This document shows positions 60,307 through 64,000 of a DNA stretch of 64,000 nt, piece by piece. How positions within the stretch are numbered: position 1 is the first letter of the stretch; the number at the start of each line of letters is the position of its first letter. The stretch is from Caldisericia bacterium (GTDB lineage: Bacteria; Caldisericota; Caldisericia; JAAYUI01): contig OY771555.1 of NCBI GenBank assembly GCA_963674785.1, positions 1,056,001-1,120,000 of the forward strand, written 5' to 3'. Position numbers and translations under genes: made by a program. The notes below the pieces were generated by a model. It saw only the letters and a program-made list of their open reading frames with translations. It did no database searches and was not told the origin of the DNA.

Positions 60307-62016
60307 TTATGGGTAATATGTCACACCAATATATTTAGCACAGATGAGAACATCTTCTAGTGTCACTTCTCCGTCTTCATTTACATCGAATCGACTGTCT
60401 TTTTCATCACGATCCAATGATTCAAAGATTTTCTCAATGTCTGCTGAATCAATTTTTCCATCATAGTTTGTATCGATTTGCGCAATTACGTTTTCCAACA
60501 TAATTACCTTTGAAAACTTGTCACCCTCATACTCAAAATATATGGCGATTGGAATATCCCTGCATTTGAAATTATCATCTGGGATTCTTAAATTTGCAAA
60601 GAAAGAGTATTTTTCTCCTGGAGGAAGAGTAATCTCATCTGCGAGGTAATCGCTACTGACTTTTAACTCCCGGTCAAGTGGGTTTTCGATTTCAATTCTT
60701 ACTTTTCTGTCATGAAGAAAGCCAGCTTTGACCATATCAGGAGCAGTTATTTCAATATGTTCCCTTGGTTCAATTGTTATTCTAACATTTACTCCAGAGC
60801 TGTCTTCTGATATAACCTCAACCGTTATGTTCTCTGTGTTATCACCAAACTTTGCGTTTGTGCTTGGGTTTGTTTCTGGACTGATTATTGAAATACCATC
60901 AGAAGTGTAGCAGGGGTTTGTATGCCATACATCATCTCGGGGGTTGAAAAGAATTGCATATTGCTCTCCGGTGTCGTCCCAATCGGTATTATTCCAATAA
61001 TTTGTTCTTTCATTTATTCTGTATGCAATTAATCCCTCTGATGGAATCCCACCCCAAAATGCGTCTATTCCATCTTTTATTCGGTATTCAAGAGCTAAAA
61101 TCTCTTTTGTTCCAGCAATTGGTATTTTTACATAGGCATCTTTTTCGTTTGTGATGACAGGAGGAATCTTGATTTCATGAACTCCAACTCCCGTTACTTC
61201 TGTTGGTTCGAGCCACCCGAATTTTTCTCTATGAAGACCTGTAAGACCCAGTCCACCATGCCTTGCTACCATAATATCATAGTATGTGAATGGATATGTA
61301 CAGTTGCCCATAGATGGCCCACCACAATGATAATCATAGAGGTCAGCAAGCCCTAAAACATGACCGACTTCATGAGTGGAAACCAATGCTCCGTCGCCGT
61401 AAAAACTCATGTCTTCTGTGACAAGAACCATATCAATCATGATGACCCTATCGTCACCTTCTTTTGAGTGTCTTATCTTTCCGCGACATGGCCAGAAAGC
61501 GTCATCTCTCGGATAATTTGTATATCCTTCTGCTGGACCTGCGACCACAACAACGATCACAAGGTCATTTAAAAACCAAAAATGATTATATCCTGGGTAT
61601 GAAAACCCATTCTCATAATCAATTTCAAGACCATCAGAAATTGCTTTTTCCAGAGCCCAGTTGAGGACTTCATTCCTTCGGATATCGAAATCTTCTTCAG
61701 TATCTTTCGCGTAATATCTTAGCTCCTTTGGGGCTCTGTACCACCCATTTGGCACAAAATCACCAGGTAAAATCTCCTGCTTTCCTGAAGAGGCGAGATT
61801 CCAAAACGTTCGAACAGTTTCACCCTCAACACTAAAGAATTCATCGCTGATCTCAGAATAATCTCTCATATGTGGTTGATCTGAAAAATCGACTGTCAAC
61901 AATGTGAGTTTACATTCGTCAACTTCTTCAGAGTTTGCTAATGTTCCTGGGTAAGCCAACCCGAGAGCCATGAAAAGTACTACAAAAACAATTATTGATT
62001 TTCTAATTTTCCCCAT
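60307..62016 (-). CDS. M6 (immune inhibitor A-like) metalloprotease with C-terminal dockerin-like domain
   Basis: VDFSD, HEVGHVLGLADLY, DIM, GWL, LEYR; DTNYDGKIDSAD and DVNEDGEVTLED. Confidence 0.88.
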   Translation of the reverse strand: MGKIRKSIIVFVVLFMALGLAYPGTLANSEEVDECKLTLLTVDFSDQPHMRDYSEISDEFFSVEGETVRTFWNLASSGKQEILPGDFVPNGWYRAPKELRYYAKDTEEDFDIRRNEVLNWALEKAISDGLEIDYENGFSYPGYNHFWFLNDLVIVVVVAGPAEGYTNYPRDDAFWPCRGKIRHSKEGDDRVIMIDMVLVTEDMSFYGDGALVSTHEVGHVLGLADLYDYHCGGPSMGNCTYPFTYYDIMVARHGGLGLTGLHREKFGWLEPTEVTGVGVHEIKIPPVITNEKDAYVKIPIAGTKEILALEYRIKDGIDAFWGGIPSEGLIAYRINERTNYWNNTDWDDTGEQYAILFNPRDDVWHTNPCYTSDGISIISPETNPSTNAKFGDNTENITVEVISEDSSGVNVRITIEPREHIEITAPDMVKAGFLHDRKVRIEIENPLDRELKVSSDYLADEITLPPGEKYSFFANLRIPDDNFKCRDIPIAIYFEYEGDKFSKVIMLENVIAQIDTNYDGKIDSADIEKIFESLDRDEKDSRFDVNEDGEVTLEDVLICAKYIGVTYYP

Positions 62017-62217
62017 ATTTGAAATGATATGTCCCAACTAGCTTTGGTCAACTCCAACTTATCGTCACAAAAATTAACAATGATTTAATAGGATTCTCAA
62101 TTCAGTGCTAATGGGGAATGAAATAAAGAAGGATTCTAGCTAATTCTGTCGTCTTCATTTACTTGACAATACTGTTACCTTAGAATCAGTGTGTTTTCAA
62201 AAGAAGCGAAAGGGGGT

Positions 62218-63099
62218 ATGCATAAGGTGTATACCATAATCTCTAAAGTAGACCTGGCCGATCGTATCTGCAAGTATGTCTTTCTAGCTCCTCAGATTGC
62301 AAAAAAAGCAAAACCCGGACAATTCGTGATGATTCGTGTTGATGATGAAGGTGAAAGAATCCCGCTTACGGTTGCAGACACTGACCCTGAAAAAGGAACT
62401 GTGACAATTGTTGTTCAATCTGTAGGTACAACCACAAAAAAGCTCCATTGTAAATGCGAAGGTGAGAGCATTAATGATTTGGTTGGACCACTTGGAACGC
62501 CAACTCATCTTGAGGGACACAAGAATGCTGTTTGTGTCGCTGGAGGTGTTGGAATTGCGGAAATTCATCCAATTGCCAGAGGCCTCAAAAATGCCGGTGC
62601 CCATGTGACATCGATTATTGGATCAAGAAATCATGATCTTCTGTTTTTTGAGGAAGAGATGAAAAAAGCTTCGGATGAGCTCATTGTTACAACAGATGAT
62701 GGAAGTTATGGAATTAAAGGGCTTGTTCTCAATCCTCTTAAGGAAATGATGGATGCTGGAAAACAGATTGATATAGTGTTCTGTGTTGGTCCAGTTATCA
62801 TGATGAGAGAGGTTTCAAAAGCAACAAAACCTTATGGGATTCCAACATTTGTTTCACTTAACCCATTGATGGTTGATGGAACAGGAATGTGCGGAGCATG
62901 CCGTGTTACTGTTGGCGGAGAAACAAAATTTGCCTGTGTTGATGGTCCAGATTTCAATGGACACGACGTGGATTTTGATGAACTAATGGGTAGATTGGTT
63001 GCCTTCAAAAATGACGAAGGTGCATCACTTGAACATTGGGAAAATCATGTTTGCAAATGCCATGGTAAAGAAGGAGAATGCACATGCCAAGAGAAATAA
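62218..63099 (+). CDS. nfnA: NfnA/SudB-type FAD/[2Fe-2S] subunit of NADH-dependent reduced ferredoxin:NADP oxidoreductase
   Basis: PGQFV, GERIPLT, GPLG, GGVG, MVDGTGMCGACR...CVDGP. Confidence 0.9.
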   Translation: MHKVYTIISKVDLADRICKYVFLAPQIAKKAKPGQFVMIRVDDEGERIPLTVADTDPEKGTVTIVVQSVGTTTKKLHCKCEGESINDLVGPLGTPTHLEGHKNAVCVAGGVGIAEIHPIARGLKNAGAHVTSIIGSRNHDLLFFEEEMKKASDELIVTTDDGSYGIKGLVLNPLKEMMDAGKQIDIVFCVGPVIMMREVSKATKPYGIPTFVSLNPLMVDGTGMCGACRVTVGGETKFACVDGPDFNGHDVDFDELMGRLVAFKNDEGASLEHWENHVCKCHGKEGECTCQEK

Positions 63100-64000
63100 A
63101 AAAGGTTAGAATTCCAACAGCAGAGCTTCCACCAAAAGAAAGAGCAAGAACCTTCGATGAGGTGAACTGTGGATATACCCACGAGCAGGCAATTGAAGAA
63201 GCAAGCAGATGTATCCAGTGTAAAAATGAGCCATGTGTAAAGGGTTGTCCTGTTGAAGTTCCAATTAGGGATTTCATCGCCTTTATTGCTGAAGGTGATA
63301 TGGCAAGCGCAATTGCAAAAAATAAGGAAAAGAACAATCTGCCAGGAATCTGCGGCAGAGTTTGTCCCCAGGAAAGTCAGTGTGAATCAGTATGTACGAT
63401 GGCAAAGATGGGTGATGCAATAAATATCGGTAAACTCGAAAGATATATCGCAGACTGGGAGTTAAAGAATAAAAATGGTGATGCTTGTGCGGTTGGCTCC
63501 CCAAAATGTGAACCAAGCAAGGGTAAAAAAATTGCTGTTGTTGGTGCTGGTCCTGCCGGACTTACATGTGCTGGAGACCTTGCAAGAATGGGTTATGATG
63601 TCACGATTTTTGAAGCTCTCCATAAACCAGGTGGTGTACTTGCATATGGAATTCCTCCATTTAGACTTCCAAGACCAACGATTGCAGCTGAGGTAGATTA
63701 TGTAAAAAGCCTTGGAGTTGAAATCAGATATAACCAGGTAATTGGAAAGATCCAAACACTCGAAGAGCTTTTTAATGATGGTTATAAAGCAGTTTTCCTT
63801 GGAACTGGTGCTGGCCTTCCATCGTTCCTCAGGGTTCCTGGTGTGAACGCTAATGGAGTTTTCTCCGCAAATGAATACCTTACCAGAATCAATCTCATGA
63901 ATGCAAAAGCATTCCCAGACACAGATACCCCTGTTTGGAAAGGTAAAAGAGTTGCCGTTGTTGGTTGTGGTAATGTTGCTATGGATGCTGTCCGTTCTGC
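63084..64000 (+). CDS. nfnB: NfnB/SudA (GltD-like) large subunit; 3'-truncated, absent from the ORF track
   Basis: Read by hand from ATG 63084: ...EEASRCIQCKNEPCVKGCPV...ICGRVCPQESQCE...VGAGPAGL...YGIPPFRLP...GCGNVAMD. Confidence 0.9.
   Translation, partial: MPREIKKVRIPTAELPPKERARTFDEVNCGYTHEQAIEEASRCIQCKNEPCVKGCPVEVPIRDFIAFIAEGDMASAIAKNKEKNNLPGICGRVCPQESQCESVCTMAKMGDAINIGKLERYIADWELKNKNGDACAVGSPKCEPSKGKKIAVVGAGPAGLTCAGDLARMGYDVTIFEALHKPGGVLAYGIPPFRLPRPTIAAEVDYVKSLGVEIRYNQVIGKIQTLEELFNDGYKAVFLGTGAGLPSFLRVPGVNANGVFSANEYLTRINLMNAKAFPDTDTPVWKGKRVAVVGCGNVAMDAVRS

Noticed and set aside
1-64000. Genome-wide TGA reassignment (code 4/25)
   Set aside because: TGA acts as a normal stop: ATGA overlaps at 56803 and 58233, the dsrH end just before a terminator (34944), and the stalk gene ending at 42178 where paralogs end. 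TGG is used for Trp throughout.

Overview
A gene-dense, AT-rich bacterial chromosome segment from an anaerobe. The many PQQ-propeller and copper-amine-oxidase N-terminal ('stalk') surface proteins suggest Caldisericia, but that is inference only. Core genes: 5'-truncated S8 protease with SLH domains, Fur-family regulator, cold-shock protein, dnaN-recF-DUF721/DciA, SIMPL, rsgA, MocR regulator, PLD-type nuclease, purD-purE, a DsrE2-TusA-DsrEFH sulfur relay, an M6 metalloprotease and nfnAB (3'-truncated). No rRNA, tRNA, CRISPR, transposase, integrase or reverse transcriptase was recognised. Most notable: (1) an operon of a CCC-motif SAM methyltransferase, two 2-hydroxyacyl-CoA-dehydratase-family Fe-S proteins and an ATPase-activator/double-cubane-reductase fusion joined by a linker with ten Cys-Cys clusters, behind a structured leader with an M-N-C-V-UGA uORF; (2) three secreted-protein genes split by a single in-frame TGA, each followed by a small hairpin; (3) a tandem array of variable beta-propeller surface proteins sharing a mosaic C-terminal anchor, with one gene flanked by an exact 48-bp direct repeat; (4) CsoR/CstR-type operators in front of both a surface c-type cytochrome operon and the sulfur relay operon. 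Product calls come from motifs read by eye, not database searches.
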